Below are positions 10,954-21,771 of a DNA stretch of 64,000 nt, piece after piece. The stretch spans positions 8,362 through 72,361 of the forward strand of contig PBKN01000012.1 in the NCBI GenBank assembly GCA_002721445.1, given 5' to 3'. The position numbers and the translations under genes were made by a program. Below the pieces are notes generated by a model. It made no database searches and was not told the DNA's origin. It saw nothing but the letters and a program-made list of their open reading frames with translations. Each line of letters starts with the position of its first letter. Position 1 is the first letter of the stretch. This stretch comes from Chloroflexota bacterium (GTDB taxonomy: Bacteria; Chloroflexota; Dehalococcoidia; Lucifugimonadales; GCA-002723415).

Positions 10954-13652
10954 CTATTAATTGTTTTACTAAGTAAATCCTCAATCCTATTTTTACGTTC
11001 AATAATGGAATTTAACCTTTCCGTCTCTTTATCAATTATATCTTGAGGTGCATTAGATAAAAATCTATTATCATTGAGTCTTTTTGACAACCCATCTTCT
11101 CTAGAAATTAGTTCTTGTTTTTCAAATTCTAATCTTTTAATTTCGATATTTATATCTACTTCGTTAGGTAATACAATATTTAAAACACAATTAGATAAAA
11201 CTACAGAAACCGTTTTTTCTTTGGACACACTAGAAAATTCTTCATAATTCATAAATGATCTAATTTTGCCCATATGAATTATTGTTTCTTTTTCTTTAAT
11301 AATATTTTCATTGAATTCATCTGACTTAAAATAGACATCTAAATTATTAATATTTTGAATACGAAAATCTACTTTTATATTTCTTATAGCTCTAATTATT
11401 TCAATTACTATCGTAATATTTTTTACAGAATCATTATCTGTTAATTTATTTTCTGTTTCTGAAAAAATAGGATATGAGCTGATTATTAGAGGTTTATGTT
11501 CTTGTGAATCAATTGATTTCATCAGTAATTGCCATATTTTTTCTGTTATAAAAGGCATAAAAGGATGCAATAATCGTATAACACCTTGTAGAATGTATAC
11601 TAAAGTAAGGACAGCATCTTTTTCTCCAGGGTTTCTAAGTCGAATTTTAATCATCTCAAGGTACCAATCACAAAATTCAGTCCAGAAAAAATCATAAATT
11701 GACTTTTGAGCTTCACTAAATTGGTAACTGTTGAAAAACCTATCAACTTCTTTAATAGTTTCTAAATATCTAGTTATTATCCACCTGTCATGCGTATTAG
11801 AAGGATTAACAGAGCAAAAATCATAATTCAAATCAAATTTATTTACATTACTCATGACAAATCTGGAAGCATTCCAGAGTTTATTTGCAAAATTACGAGC
11901 AGATTCCATTTTCTGCTCATTTAACCTCATATCATTACCAGGTGAAGTCCCAGTAGTTAATGCAAACCTCAAAGCATCAGCACCATAAGTATCTATTAAG
12001 TCTAAGGGATCCATAACATTCCCTTTAGATTTACTCATTTTAATTCCATCAGGGTCGCGGACTAATCCATGTAGATATATATTCTGAAAAGGAATTTCCC
12101 CTGTGTTTTCAATACCTAACATAATCATTCTAGCAACCCAAAAGAATAAAATATCATGACCTGTTTCCATCACTGAAGATGGATAAAAATAATCTAAATC
12201 CTCTGTATTTTCTGGCCAGCCCAAAGTCGAGTGCGTCCATAATCCTGAACTAAACCATGTGTCTAAGACATCTGGATCTTGATATATATTATTTGAATAA
12301 CATTTATTACAATTTTCTAAATCTTCTGTTTGAACAATAGTTGAATTACAATCATTACAATTCCATACAGGGATTCGATGGCCCCACCATAGCTGTCTAC
12401 TAATACACCAATCTCTAATATTATCCATCCAATTAAAATATATCTTTGAAAACCTATCCGGAATTATTTTTATTGAACCATTAGTTATTACTTCTCTAGC
12501 CTTTTTTGCTAAAGGCTCAACTTTAACATACCACTGTTTGCTAATTATAGGTTCTACAATTTCATCACACCTATCACAATGCCCAACCGAATGATTAATA
12601 TCTTCAATCTTTAACAAGTTACCTAATTTTTCTAATTCCTTTACAATTTCATTTCTTGAATCTTTTATTGATAAACCAGCAAAATCGCCTGCATTATCAT
12701 TAAGTTTTCCATTTGCATCAAACAAATTTATAAATTCAAGTTTATGTTTTTCTCCAAGAATAAAATCATTTGGATCATGCCCTGGAGTAACCTTTAATGC
12801 TCCTGTACCATATTCAATATCTACTATAGAATCTTTAATAATATTCAGCCTTCTACCCACTATAGGTAAAATCACATTTTTGCCAATATATTTTTTATAT
12901 CTTTCGTCTTTAGAATTAACTGCGACTGCAGTATCTCCTAACATAGTTTCAGGTCGAGTTGTTGCAATAACTATATGTGAATCAGAATTCTCAATATCAT
13001 ATTTAATATAATATAAATTGCCTTTTTCATCTTTATATTTAACTTCCAGATCAGATAAGGCAGTAAGACAACGAGGACACCAGTTGGTAATTGAGTCTTT
13101 TCTGTAAATTAAACCTTTATTATATAGATTCACAAAAGTATTTCGAACTGCTTTAGAGGGTACAGAATCTAATGTAAAACTTTTCCTACTCCAGTCACAT
13201 GAAGCACCTAAACGTTTAAATTGATCATAAATTCTATCTCCATAGAGTTCAACCCATTCCCACACTTTATTTATAAAAAGTTCTCTCCCTAGATCATGTC
13301 TAGTAATACCTTGAGATGCTAATGATTTTTCCACTACAACTTGAGTAGCTATACCAGCATGATCAGATCCTGGCAAAAACAATGTAGGATCCCCTTTCAT
13401 CCTATGCCACCTTACCATTAAATCTTCAAGCGCTACAGTTAATGCATGACCAATATGTAATTCACCTGTTACATTAGGAGGAGGCATAATAATTACAAAA
13501 GGTTTTCTAGTTTTATCAATTTTAGGCGTAAAGTGTCCAGAACTCATCCAATATTCATAAATATTTAATTCAACTAATTTTGAATCGTAAACTTTATCCA
13601 TAATAAATTCAGAATTTAATTCGCTACTTGTCATATATTTATCTAACCTCAC
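10950..13652 (-). CDS. valS: Valyl-tRNA synthetase
   Basis: 900 aa; PPPNVTGELHIGHAL (HIGH), MSKSKGNVMDP (KMSKS), C-terminal coiled coil ELISREDGLSKRLNDNRFLSNAP. Confidence 0.97.
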   Translation of the reverse strand: MRLDKYMTSSELNSEFIMDKVYDSKLVELNIYEYWMSSGHFTPKIDKTRKPFVIIMPPPNVTGELHIGHALTVALEDLMVRWHRMKGDPTLFLPGSDHAGIATQVVVEKSLASQGITRHDLGRELFINKVWEWVELYGDRIYDQFKRLGASCDWSRKSFTLDSVPSKAVRNTFVNLYNKGLIYRKDSITNWCPRCLTALSDLEVKYKDEKGNLYYIKYDIENSDSHIVIATTRPETMLGDTAVAVNSKDERYKKYIGKNVILPIVGRRLNIIKDSIVDIEYGTGALKVTPGHDPNDFILGEKHKLEFINLFDANGKLNDNAGDFAGLSIKDSRNEIVKELEKLGNLLKIEDINHSVGHCDRCDEIVEPIISKQWYVKVEPLAKKAREVITNGSIKIIPDRFSKIYFNWMDNIRDWCISRQLWWGHRIPVWNCNDCNSTIVQTEDLENCNKCYSNNIYQDPDVLDTWFSSGLWTHSTLGWPENTEDLDYFYPSSVMETGHDILFFWVARMIMLGIENTGEIPFQNIYLHGLVRDPDGIKMSKSKGNVMDPLDLIDTYGADALRFALTTGTSPGNDMRLNEQKMESARNFANKLWNASRFVMSNVNKFDLNYDFCSVNPSNTHDRWIITRYLETIKEVDRFFNSYQFSEAQKSIYDFFWTEFCDWYLEMIKIRLRNPGEKDAVLTLVYILQGVIRLLHPFMPFITEKIWQLLMKSIDSQEHKPLIISSYPIFSETENKLTDNDSVKNITIVIEIIRAIRNIKVDFRIQNINNLDVYFKSDEFNENIIKEKETIIHMGKIRSFMNYEEFSSVSKEKTVSVVLSNCVLNIVLPNEVDINIEIKRLEFEKQELISREDGLSKRLNDNRFLSNAPQDIIDKETERLNSIIERKNRIEDLLSKTINS

Positions 13653-13796
13653 TAATTTATATACTATCAGAAAGATAACAAATAATTGAATATAATACTT
13701 ACGTTATTATTAATACATATCTTTAATAAATCTCATTATACAAGTATAATTTACTCAATAAATACTTAATAACATAATCATATAGAAGGTTTCCTT

Positions 13797-15983
13797 ATGG
13801 ATCTAATTAATATAGCCAACATAAAAGTATCACCTAATATTTACAAATTAATTAATGAAAAAATAATTCCCGGTACTAATGTGACAAAAGAAAAGTTTTG
13901 GAATGAATTTAGTTCAATTATTGAAGATTTAAGCAAAAAAAATGAAACATTGTTAAAAGAAAGAGACGAAATACAAGAAACTATAGATAATTGGCACCTC
14001 GACAACAAAAATAGATCCTTTGATATAGTTGAATATAAGAAATTTCTAGAAGAAATAAACTATTTAATTAAAAAATGCCCAGATTTTAAAATAAATACAA
14101 AAAACATTGATAAAGAAATATCTATGATTGCTGGTCCTCAATTAGTAGTTCCTGTAGATAATGCTAGATTTGCAATTAATGCTGCAAATGCTAGATGGTG
14201 GAGTTTATATGATTCTCTTTATGGAACTGATGCTATACCTGAAGAATACGGAGCTACAAAAACTACGGCATATAATATACATAGAGGATCAAAAGTAGTA
14301 TCTTTTTCAAATATATTTTTAGATAATATTTTTTCTTTAGAAAATTCTAGTTATTCAAGTGTAAGTAGCTTCCAAATAGATAAAACTGATAATAAATACA
14401 ACTTAATAGCAATATTAACTGATAACACTAAGACACAATTAACTGATCCATCTAAATTTGTAGGATATACAAAAAAAGCTGATGGAGAATTAACGTCAAT
14501 ATTGTTAAAAAATAATGGATTACATATTGAAATACAATTAAACAGAGAAGATTCAATAGGAAAGTTACATTCTGCAGGAATTAAAGATATCTTAATTGAA
14601 TCAGCAATTACTGCAATTCAAGATTTCGAAGATTCTGTATCAGCAGTAGATGAAGAAGATAAAATTAGTGCATATACTAATTGGACTGATTTAATGAAAG
14701 GAACTATAACTTCTACCTTTACAAAAGATGGATCTGAATTAGTACGAACATTAAACCCAGATAAAATTTTTATATCCCAAGAAAACGAAAATGATACCTA
14801 TATAATATCTGGAAGAAGTTTAATTCTAGCAAGAAATGTAGGTATACATATGTATACTGACATTATATTAACAAAAGAAAATGAAAAAACTCCTGAAGGT
14901 TTCTTAGATATCATGGTAACTGCATTGGCATCTATGCATGATTTAAACGGTAATTCAAAATATTCTAATAGTCCAAATAAAAGCATATATATAGTTAAAC
15001 CAAAAATGCATGGGCCAAAAGAAGTTGCAGCAACGGTTGAACTATTTTCCAGAGTAGAAAAAGCATTAAATTTAAATAATAATACAATTAAAATTGGAAT
15101 AATGGATGAAGAAAGACGCACTTCTGTTAATCTCCAACAATGTATATATGAAGCAAAAGATAGAATTATCTTTATAAATACTGGTTTCTTAGATAGAACG
15201 GGAGATGAAATTCATACTAGCATGAAAGCTGGAGCATTTCTACCGAAATCTGAAATCAAAAATCAACCATGGATACAAGCTTACGAAGATCAAAATGTCG
15301 ACATTGCCATTAAAAGTGGATTTATAGGTAAAGCTCAAATTGGCAAAGGAATGTGGGCTATGCCTGATGAAATGAAAGAGATGCTAAACAATAAAATAGG
15401 TCATCCAAAATCTGGAGCCAGTACTGCATGGGTCCCTTCTCCAACTGCTGCAGCCTTACATGCACTTCATTATCATTACGTAAATGTAAAAGATATACAA
15501 GATCAATTATTAAATAGAGAACCTTCTGATATCTTAAATTTATTAACTCCTCCTCTAATGTCTGAAAAATTATTAGAGGAATCTCAAATTCAAAAAGAAT
15601 TAGAAAATAACGCACAAAGTATTTTAGGGTATGTTTCTAGATGGATTGGTCAAGGCATAGGATGTTCTAAAGTATTAGATATAGATAATGTTGCATTAAT
15701 GGAAGATAGAGCTACTTTAAGAATTTCAAGCCAACATATTGCAAACTGGATTTTGCATGATATCACTAACAAAGAAGATGTAATATCAATATTTAAACGA
15801 ATGGCTAAAATTGTTGACATACAAAATAAAGATGATGTTAATTATACAAAAATGTCTGATAATTATGAAAAAAGTATAGAATTCCAAGCAGCACTCGAAT
15901 TAGTATTCAATGGAGTTGATACTCCAAATGGATACACAGAAGATATACTACATAGTTATAGAAGAAAATCTAAGAATCCTTAG
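13797..15983 (+). CDS. glcB: Malate synthase G
   Basis: 728 aa; NAANARWWSLYDSLYGTDAIPE, FLDRTGDEIHTSMKAG, GKGMWAMPDEM, CSKVLDIDNVALMEDRATLRISSQ motifs. Confidence 0.95.
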   Translation: MDLINIANIKVSPNIYKLINEKIIPGTNVTKEKFWNEFSSIIEDLSKKNETLLKERDEIQETIDNWHLDNKNRSFDIVEYKKFLEEINYLIKKCPDFKINTKNIDKEISMIAGPQLVVPVDNARFAINAANARWWSLYDSLYGTDAIPEEYGATKTTAYNIHRGSKVVSFSNIFLDNIFSLENSSYSSVSSFQIDKTDNKYNLIAILTDNTKTQLTDPSKFVGYTKKADGELTSILLKNNGLHIEIQLNREDSIGKLHSAGIKDILIESAITAIQDFEDSVSAVDEEDKISAYTNWTDLMKGTITSTFTKDGSELVRTLNPDKIFISQENENDTYIISGRSLILARNVGIHMYTDIILTKENEKTPEGFLDIMVTALASMHDLNGNSKYSNSPNKSIYIVKPKMHGPKEVAATVELFSRVEKALNLNNNTIKIGIMDEERRTSVNLQQCIYEAKDRIIFINTGFLDRTGDEIHTSMKAGAFLPKSEIKNQPWIQAYEDQNVDIAIKSGFIGKAQIGKGMWAMPDEMKEMLNNKIGHPKSGASTAWVPSPTAAALHALHYHYVNVKDIQDQLLNREPSDILNLLTPPLMSEKLLEESQIQKELENNAQSILGYVSRWIGQGIGCSKVLDIDNVALMEDRATLRISSQHIANWILHDITNKEDVISIFKRMAKIVDIQNKDDVNYTKMSDNYEKSIEFQAALELVFNGVDTPNGYTEDILHSYRRKSKNP

Positions 15984-16359
15984 ATCTATATAAACTAACA
16001 GCAGCATAAGAAATTTCACTATCTTTAATTGGTGGATTTAGTTTTCTGACTTCAACATGTACTGATTTAACTTTAGGAATTAAAAATAATTCTGCTATGA
16101 TTTTATCAGCTATTGTTTCTATCATATTATAGTTAGAAAACATAACTATATCTTTAACTATATTAAATATATTACTATAATCTACTGTGTCATCAATCAA
16201 GTCTGATTTAAAAACTTTATCCAATAAACATTCCATCTCTAAATTTATTGAAAAGTTCTGACCTAACACCTTTTCTTCTTCAGTTAATCCGTGATGAGCA
16301 AAAAATTTAATATCATTTAATATAATTTTAGATATTTCTTTCAAATTATTTATCCTCAA
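15970..16359 (-). CDS. folB: Dihydroneopterin aldolase
   Basis: 129 aa; FFAHHGLTEEEKVLGQNFSINLE, NYNMIETIADKIA, VRKLNPPI motifs. 14 nt convergent overlap with glcB. Confidence 0.88.
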   Translation of the reverse strand: MRINNLKEISKIILNDIKFFAHHGLTEEEKVLGQNFSINLEMECLLDKVFKSDLIDDTVDYSNIFNIVKDIVMFSNYNMIETIADKIIAELFLIPKVKSVHVEVRKLNPPIKDSEISYAAVSLYRSKDS

Positions 16360-17212
16360 GCCTTTTTATACTTGCTAATATTTTTTTTGCTCTTTCAACA
16401 ACTGGAATATCAATCATTGAACCATTTATAGACGTAGAACCTCGACCATTTATTTGAGCTTCTTTAAAAGATTTAATTATATTCCTAGCATTTTCAATTT
16501 CATCTATAGATGGAGAAAATTTCTCGTTAATAATTTCAATTTGTGAAGGATGAATAGCAAATTTACCTAAAAACCCTAATCTTTTAGCAATAAATATATC
16601 TCTTTTTAAACCATCTATGTCTTTAAACTTTGTATAAGGAGTATCAAAAGCTTCTATACCTGCAGATTTCGCAGCAATAACTATTAACTTACGAGGATAA
16701 TCTATTTCAAATCCATCATCTGAACGCATAATACCCATATCATTAGTAAAATCTTCTGCACCAAATGCAACCGATAAAATTCGAGGAGAACTAGAACATA
16801 CTTTAAAAGCATTTGTTATACCCAAAGCCGTTTCTATCCAAGGTATAATTTTAATACTTCCTTTTTCAATTTTATTAATTTTTTCATATTTATCTAATAT
16901 ATTTGAAATAAATTTTATATCGTCATCAGAACTAACTTTACCAACAGAGATTCCATAAATTTTATGCTCTAATACCGCACGAATATCTTCTTCAAAAAAC
17001 CCTGAATTAATTGGATTAACTCTAGGTATAATTATATTATTATTAATTGTCATATTAGGTAAAAACTCAGAAATAATATTTCTAGCTTCATCTTTTCTAT
17101 CAAAAGGGACAGAATCTTCCATATCAGGGATGTATACATCTGGAAAAAAAGTTAAAGACTTTTCTAACATACTTAATCTATTCCCTGGAATAAACAATAA
17201 ACTTCTAAACAT
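16346..17212 (-). CDS. HpcH/HpaI aldolase/citrate lyase beta-like (CitE/malyl-CoA lyase-type) protein
   Basis: 288 aa; RSLLFIPGNRLSMLEK, PDMEDSVPFDRKDEAR, RVNP, IPWIETALGI, FGAEDFTNDMG motifs. Confidence 0.87.
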   Translation of the reverse strand: MFRSLLFIPGNRLSMLEKSLTFFPDVYIPDMEDSVPFDRKDEARNIISEFLPNMTINNNIIIPRVNPINSGFFEEDIRAVLEHKIYGISVGKVSSDDDIKFISNILDKYEKINKIEKGSIKIIPWIETALGITNAFKVCSSSPRILSVAFGAEDFTNDMGIMRSDDGFEIDYPRKLIVIAAKSAGIEAFDTPYTKFKDIDGLKRDIFIAKRLGFLGKFAIHPSQIEIINEKFSPSIDEIENARNIIKSFKEAQINGRGSTSINGSMIDIPVVERAKKILASIKRLEDK

Positions 17213-17303
17213 ATATATCCTTTACTGTAAATGGTATAGTAAAAATTAACATTTTTAATTTAAAACAATTAAAAGATGAAATCAAACTATAAATTAATCA
17301 AAT

Positions 17304-18104
17304 ATGAGTAAATATAATAATAATAATAATAAATTAAACAAAGTTCCACGTATAGAAATTATAGGAATTTCAGGAATACCTGAAATTAAATACAAAGATA
17401 ATTTAGCAAGAATTATAGTATCCAAGTCAATTGAACAAGGAACTCCAATTGAAGAAAACGATATAATAATAATAACTCAAAAAATTGTTTCCAAATCAGA
17501 AGGCCAAATAAAGAATTTAATCAATATTAAACCTTCAGAATATTCGATAAAATTAGCATCCAAAATAAATAAAGATCCAAGACTAATTGAATTAATAATA
17601 AATGAAAGTAAGTCAATAATTCGTATAGATGAAAAAAGAAGCATATTAATAACTGAAACTAAACAAGGATTTATATGTGCAAATGCAGGAATAGATAATT
17701 CAAATATACCCGGCAGTAATAATGTATCACTATTACCAAAAGATCCAGATAAATCAGCAAATAATATATGTTCGGATATTTCTTATTTAATTAACCAAAC
17801 TCCTATATCTGTAATAATTACTGATACTTTTGGTAGAGCATGGAGAAAAGGTCAAGTAAATTTTGCAATAGGTACTTCAAGAATAGAACCTTTACTAGAT
17901 TATATGAATGAAAAGGATTCACAAGGAAAAATACTTAAAAGCACAAATATTTGTATAGCTGATGAATTAGCTTCAGCTGCTGAGTTAGTTAATTTTAAAT
18001 CAAATCAAATACCTGTTTCTATAATTAGAAACTACCCATATTCAATATCTTCTTCAGGAGCTAAAGAAATAATAAGGGCAAAAAATGAAGATCTATTTAG
18101 ATAA
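17304..18104 (+). CDS. cofE: Coenzyme F420-0:L-glutamate ligase
   Basis: 266 aa; IPEIKYKDNLARII..GTPIEENDIIIITQKIVSKSEG, CANAGIDNSN, ITDTFGRAWRKGQVNFAIG motifs. Confidence 0.92.
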   Translation: MSKYNNNNNKLNKVPRIEIIGISGIPEIKYKDNLARIIVSKSIEQGTPIEENDIIIITQKIVSKSEGQIKNLINIKPSEYSIKLASKINKDPRLIELIINESKSIIRIDEKRSILITETKQGFICANAGIDNSNIPGSNNVSLLPKDPDKSANNICSDISYLINQTPISVIITDTFGRAWRKGQVNFAIGTSRIEPLLDYMNEKDSQGKILKSTNICIADELASAAELVNFKSNQIPVSIIRNYPYSISSSGAKEIIRAKNEDLFR

Positions 18105-18137
18105 TAATATAATCCCTGATTAATTTAAATTAAAATA

Positions 18138-19238
18138 TTATTCGATAGCATCGCTGATTATATCTCCCATTTTACTAGTAGATATTGCTTCATATCCACT
18201 AGATACAATATCTTTAGTTCGATAACCCAATGATAATGAAGAATTTATAGATTTATAAATTGCATCAGCCTCTACCTTTAATCCAAAAGAATAATTTAAC
18301 ATTAAAGCAACACTTAATATCATTCCTATCGGGTTAGCTATCCCCTTGCCTGCTATATCTGGAGCTGTTCCATGTATTGGCTCATATAATGAAGGTTTAA
18401 TTTTTTTGGAATTACTATTATTATTCAAAGAAGATAAACTAGCAGACGGAATCATACCCATAGATCCCGATAATACTGAAGCTTCATCAGTTAATATATC
18501 ACCAAAAGTATTCTCTGAAACAATTACATCAAATTTATAAGGATTTTGAATTATCTGCATAGATGCATTATCAACAAGAATATGCTCTAAATTTACATTA
18601 GGGTAATCTTTAGACATCTCTGTAGCAATTTGCCTCCACAACCTTCCAGTTTCTAAAACATTTGCTTTATCTATAGATGCTAATTTTTGGTTTCTAGATG
18701 ATGCAAGTTGAAAAGCAACTTTTAAAATTCTTTTTATTTCTGACTCTGAATAAATTAAAGTATCTACTGCTTTACGACCTTTGGCAGTTACCCAACGTTT
18801 TTTTGGTGACCCGAAATAAAGTCCTCCAGTTAATTCTCTAACAACAATGATATCAACTTCATTCAATAGATCTGATTTAATAGGACTTGAATCAATCAAA
18901 GATTTAAAAATTTTAATAGGTCGTAAATTTGCAAACAAATTTAATGATTTTCTCAAAAACAAAATACCATCTTCAGGTCTTAATTCTGCATTAGGATCAT
19001 CCCACTTAGGGCCACCAACTGCACCAAATAATATAGCATCAGATTTATCTATTACTGAAAGTGTTTCTTTAGGAATCGGATTAGCATATTTATCAATTGC
19101 TGCACCTCCTATAATTCCATCAAGTAATTCAAAAGAATGGTCATATTTTTTCTCAATAACTTTTAAAATTTTTACTGCTTCAGATATAACCTCTGGGCCT
19201 ATTCCATCTCCTGGTAATATTGCAATTTTATAATCCAT
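18138..19238 (-). CDS. leuB: 3-isopropylmalate dehydrogenase
   Basis: 366 aa; YKIAILPGDGIGPEV, VRELTGGLYFG, ENTFGDILTDEASVLSGSMGMIPSAS, EPIHGTAPDIAGKGIANP. Confidence 0.96.
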   Translation of the reverse strand: MDYKIAILPGDGIGPEVISEAVKILKVIEKKYDHSFELLDGIIGGAAIDKYANPIPKETLSVIDKSDAILFGAVGGPKWDDPNAELRPEDGILFLRKSLNLFANLRPIKIFKSLIDSSPIKSDLLNEVDIIVVRELTGGLYFGSPKKRWVTAKGRKAVDTLIYSESEIKRILKVAFQLASSRNQKLASIDKANVLETGRLWRQIATEMSKDYPNVNLEHILVDNASMQIIQNPYKFDVIVSENTFGDILTDEASVLSGSMGMIPSASLSSLNNNSNSKKIKPSLYEPIHGTAPDIAGKGIANPIGMILSVALMLNYSFGLKVEADAIYKSINSSLSLGYRTKDIVSSGYEAISTSKMGDIISDAIE

Positions 19239-19264
19239 TTAAACTCCTATTTATATAATTAAAA

Positions 19265-21736
19265 TCAATTAACTACACAATTAATTAATTTATCTTTTAT
19301 ATATATAATTTTTTTTATTTCTTTACCTGAAATATATTGATTAACTCGTTCTCTTTGTAATGCAATTTCTTTTATTTCACTTTCATTTAAATCAGATGTA
19401 ACATTTATTTTATCTCTAAATTTCCCATTAACCTGTATAATTATAGTTTTAGTATCTAATTCTAAATGCTTTAAACTCCATTGAGGCCATTTTTCATTAT
19501 GGACACTATATTTATATCCTTGTAAATACCATAGCTCTTCTGCCATATGAGGGGCAAATGGAGCAAGTAAAATAATTAATTTATTTTTAATATCATTCCA
19601 AATAACCTTGTTAATTGATTTTGTATTTAACTTTTCATTTATCCAATTGGTTAATTCCATTAAAGAAGCTATAGATGTATTAAATTTAAACTTTTCTAAA
19701 TCTTCTGTGACTTTACGAATAGTCTTATTAATTATATATGAAGCTTCTTTTTCTAATTTACTATCTTGATTATTAATAATAAGATTACTTTTATCTTTAT
19801 TAAATATTTCCCATACCCTATTAATCCAGCGAGACATACCTCTAAGTCCACTATCTGACCACTCTCCTCCTTGATCCCAAGGCCCTATAAACATTAAATA
19901 ACACCTGACCACATCTGCACCAACTTGATTAACATATTCATCCGGTGAAACTACGTTGCCTTTTGATTTACTCATTTTTTGACTGCCCGAAATTATATGA
20001 CCTTGGTTAAAAAGTTTTTTAAATGGTTCATCAATATTAATCAAACCTAAATCTCTTAAAGCTTTAACAAAAAATCTAGAATACAATAGGTGCATAACTG
20101 CATGCTCTGCACCACCTGTGTATTGATCAACTGAACCCCATTCTAATATTTTATTTCTATCAAAAATACCTTCTTTATAATTTGGACTTAAGTATCTGAA
20201 AAAATACCATGAAGAATCTACAAAAGTATCCATAGTATCAGTTTCTCTTTTTGCTTCTAAATTACAATTAGGACAAATAGTATTTACAAAATCTAAACTT
20301 GTAGATAATGGAGATTCTCCTGTAGGTAAAAATTCAGCATTTTCAGGTAATAGTACAGGCAAATCTTTTTCAGGCACAGGTACAATCCCACAATCATTAC
20401 AATAAATAATAGGAATTGGAGTACCCCAATATCTTTGTCTAGAAATCAACCAATCACGCATCTTATAATTTATAGACCTTTTTCCATATCCTCTATTTTC
20501 AATATAATCTGCAATTTTATTTTTAGCTTCTATGTTTGACAAGCCATCAAATTTACCTGAATTAACCATAACTCCATCAGACAAGTATGCTTCCAAAATA
20601 TCTTTATTTTTGCTTGTAGGATCTTGAACCACCAGCTTAATCTCTAATTTATATTTTTTCGCAAATTTATAATCTCTTTGATCATGAGATGGGACACCCA
20701 TAACTACACCAGTTCCATAGCTTAAAAGAACATAATCTGCTACAAAAATTGGTATACGGTCTCCATTTAATCTATTCGTACAATAAGAACCAGTAAATAC
20801 ACCAGTTTTATCTTTATCAGTAGATAATCGTTCTATTTCAGAAGATTTACTTGCTTCATAAATATATGACTTTACTTGATCAATATTATCTGAAGTGGTC
20901 AATTGAGTTACTAAAGGATGCTCTGGCGCTATAACTATAAAAGTGACTCCAAATATAGTATCTATTCTAGTAGTAAATGTATTTATAAATTTTTGGTCTA
21001 GTGAATATTCCGAAATATCAAAACTTATCTCAACTCCTTCACTCTTCCCAATCCAATTCATCTGCATTGATTTAATTTTTTCTGGCCAATCAATTTTAGA
21101 TTGATCTAAAAGCTCATCAGCATATTGAGTAATTTTAAAAAACCACTGATTTAAATCACGTTTTATAACTTCAGTATCGCATCTTTCACATAAACCACTT
21201 TCCAAAACTTGTTCATTAGCTAAAACTGTATTACATGAATCACACCAATTAGCTGGAGCATAAGATCTGTAAGCTAATCCTGATTTATACAGCTGCAAAA
21301 AGACCCATTGATTCCATTTATAATAATCAGGTTTACAAGTAACTATTTCTCTATCCCAATCATAAATAGTACCCATTGATTTCAATTGTCGACGCATATT
21401 TTCTATATTTTGCATTGTCCATTTATATGGATGTATACCATGCTTTATCGCAGCATTTTCAGCAGGTAATCCAAAAGCATCGAAACCCATAGGATGAAGA
21501 ACATTATATCCTTGCATTCTGCGAAATCTTGCACGTGTATCAGAAGGTGTCATAGCATACCAATGCCCAATATGCATATCGCCTGAAGGATATGGATACA
21601 TAGTTAATTCATACCATTTAGGTTTATCGTCTTTATCGTTGACTTTATATAATTTATCTTTAAACCATTTATTTTGCCATTTTTGTTCAATTTTTTGATG
21701 AGGATAACGATCGGCAAATAAATCGGATGATTCCAT
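19265..21736 (-). CDS. leuS: Leucyl-tRNA synthetase
   Basis: 823 aa; MYPYPSGDMHIGHW, HPMGFDAFGLPAENAA, KMSKSKGNVVSPD, FVDSSWYFFRYLSP. Confidence 0.98.
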   Translation of the reverse strand: MESSDLFADRYPHQKIEQKWQNKWFKDKLYKVNDKDDKPKWYELTMYPYPSGDMHIGHWYAMTPSDTRARFRRMQGYNVLHPMGFDAFGLPAENAAIKHGIHPYKWTMQNIENMRRQLKSMGTIYDWDREIVTCKPDYYKWNQWVFLQLYKSGLAYRSYAPANWCDSCNTVLANEQVLESGLCERCDTEVIKRDLNQWFFKITQYADELLDQSKIDWPEKIKSMQMNWIGKSEGVEISFDISEYSLDQKFINTFTTRIDTIFGVTFIVIAPEHPLVTQLTTSDNIDQVKSYIYEASKSSEIERLSTDKDKTGVFTGSYCTNRLNGDRIPIFVADYVLLSYGTGVVMGVPSHDQRDYKFAKKYKLEIKLVVQDPTSKNKDILEAYLSDGVMVNSGKFDGLSNIEAKNKIADYIENRGYGKRSINYKMRDWLISRQRYWGTPIPIIYCNDCGIVPVPEKDLPVLLPENAEFLPTGESPLSTSLDFVNTICPNCNLEAKRETDTMDTFVDSSWYFFRYLSPNYKEGIFDRNKILEWGSVDQYTGGAEHAVMHLLYSRFFVKALRDLGLINIDEPFKKLFNQGHIISGSQKMSKSKGNVVSPDEYVNQVGADVVRCYLMFIGPWDQGGEWSDSGLRGMSRWINRVWEIFNKDKSNLIINNQDSKLEKEASYIINKTIRKVTEDLEKFKFNTSIASLMELTNWINEKLNTKSINKVIWNDIKNKLIILLAPFAPHMAEELWYLQGYKYSVHNEKWPQWSLKHLELDTKTIIIQVNGKFRDKINVTSDLNESEIKEIALQRERVNQYISGKEIKKIIYIKDKLINCVVN

Positions 21737-21771
21737 TATTTTTACTCCAACACTTTTAAAATATATAAAAA

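Noticed and set aside
14798-15615. Minus-strand ORFs of 107 and 85 aa
   Set aside because: Antisense to conserved malate synthase G.
18346-19233. Plus-strand ORFs of 64 and 128 aa
   Set aside because: Antisense to leuB. The 128-aa ORF mirrors highly conserved LeuB codons.
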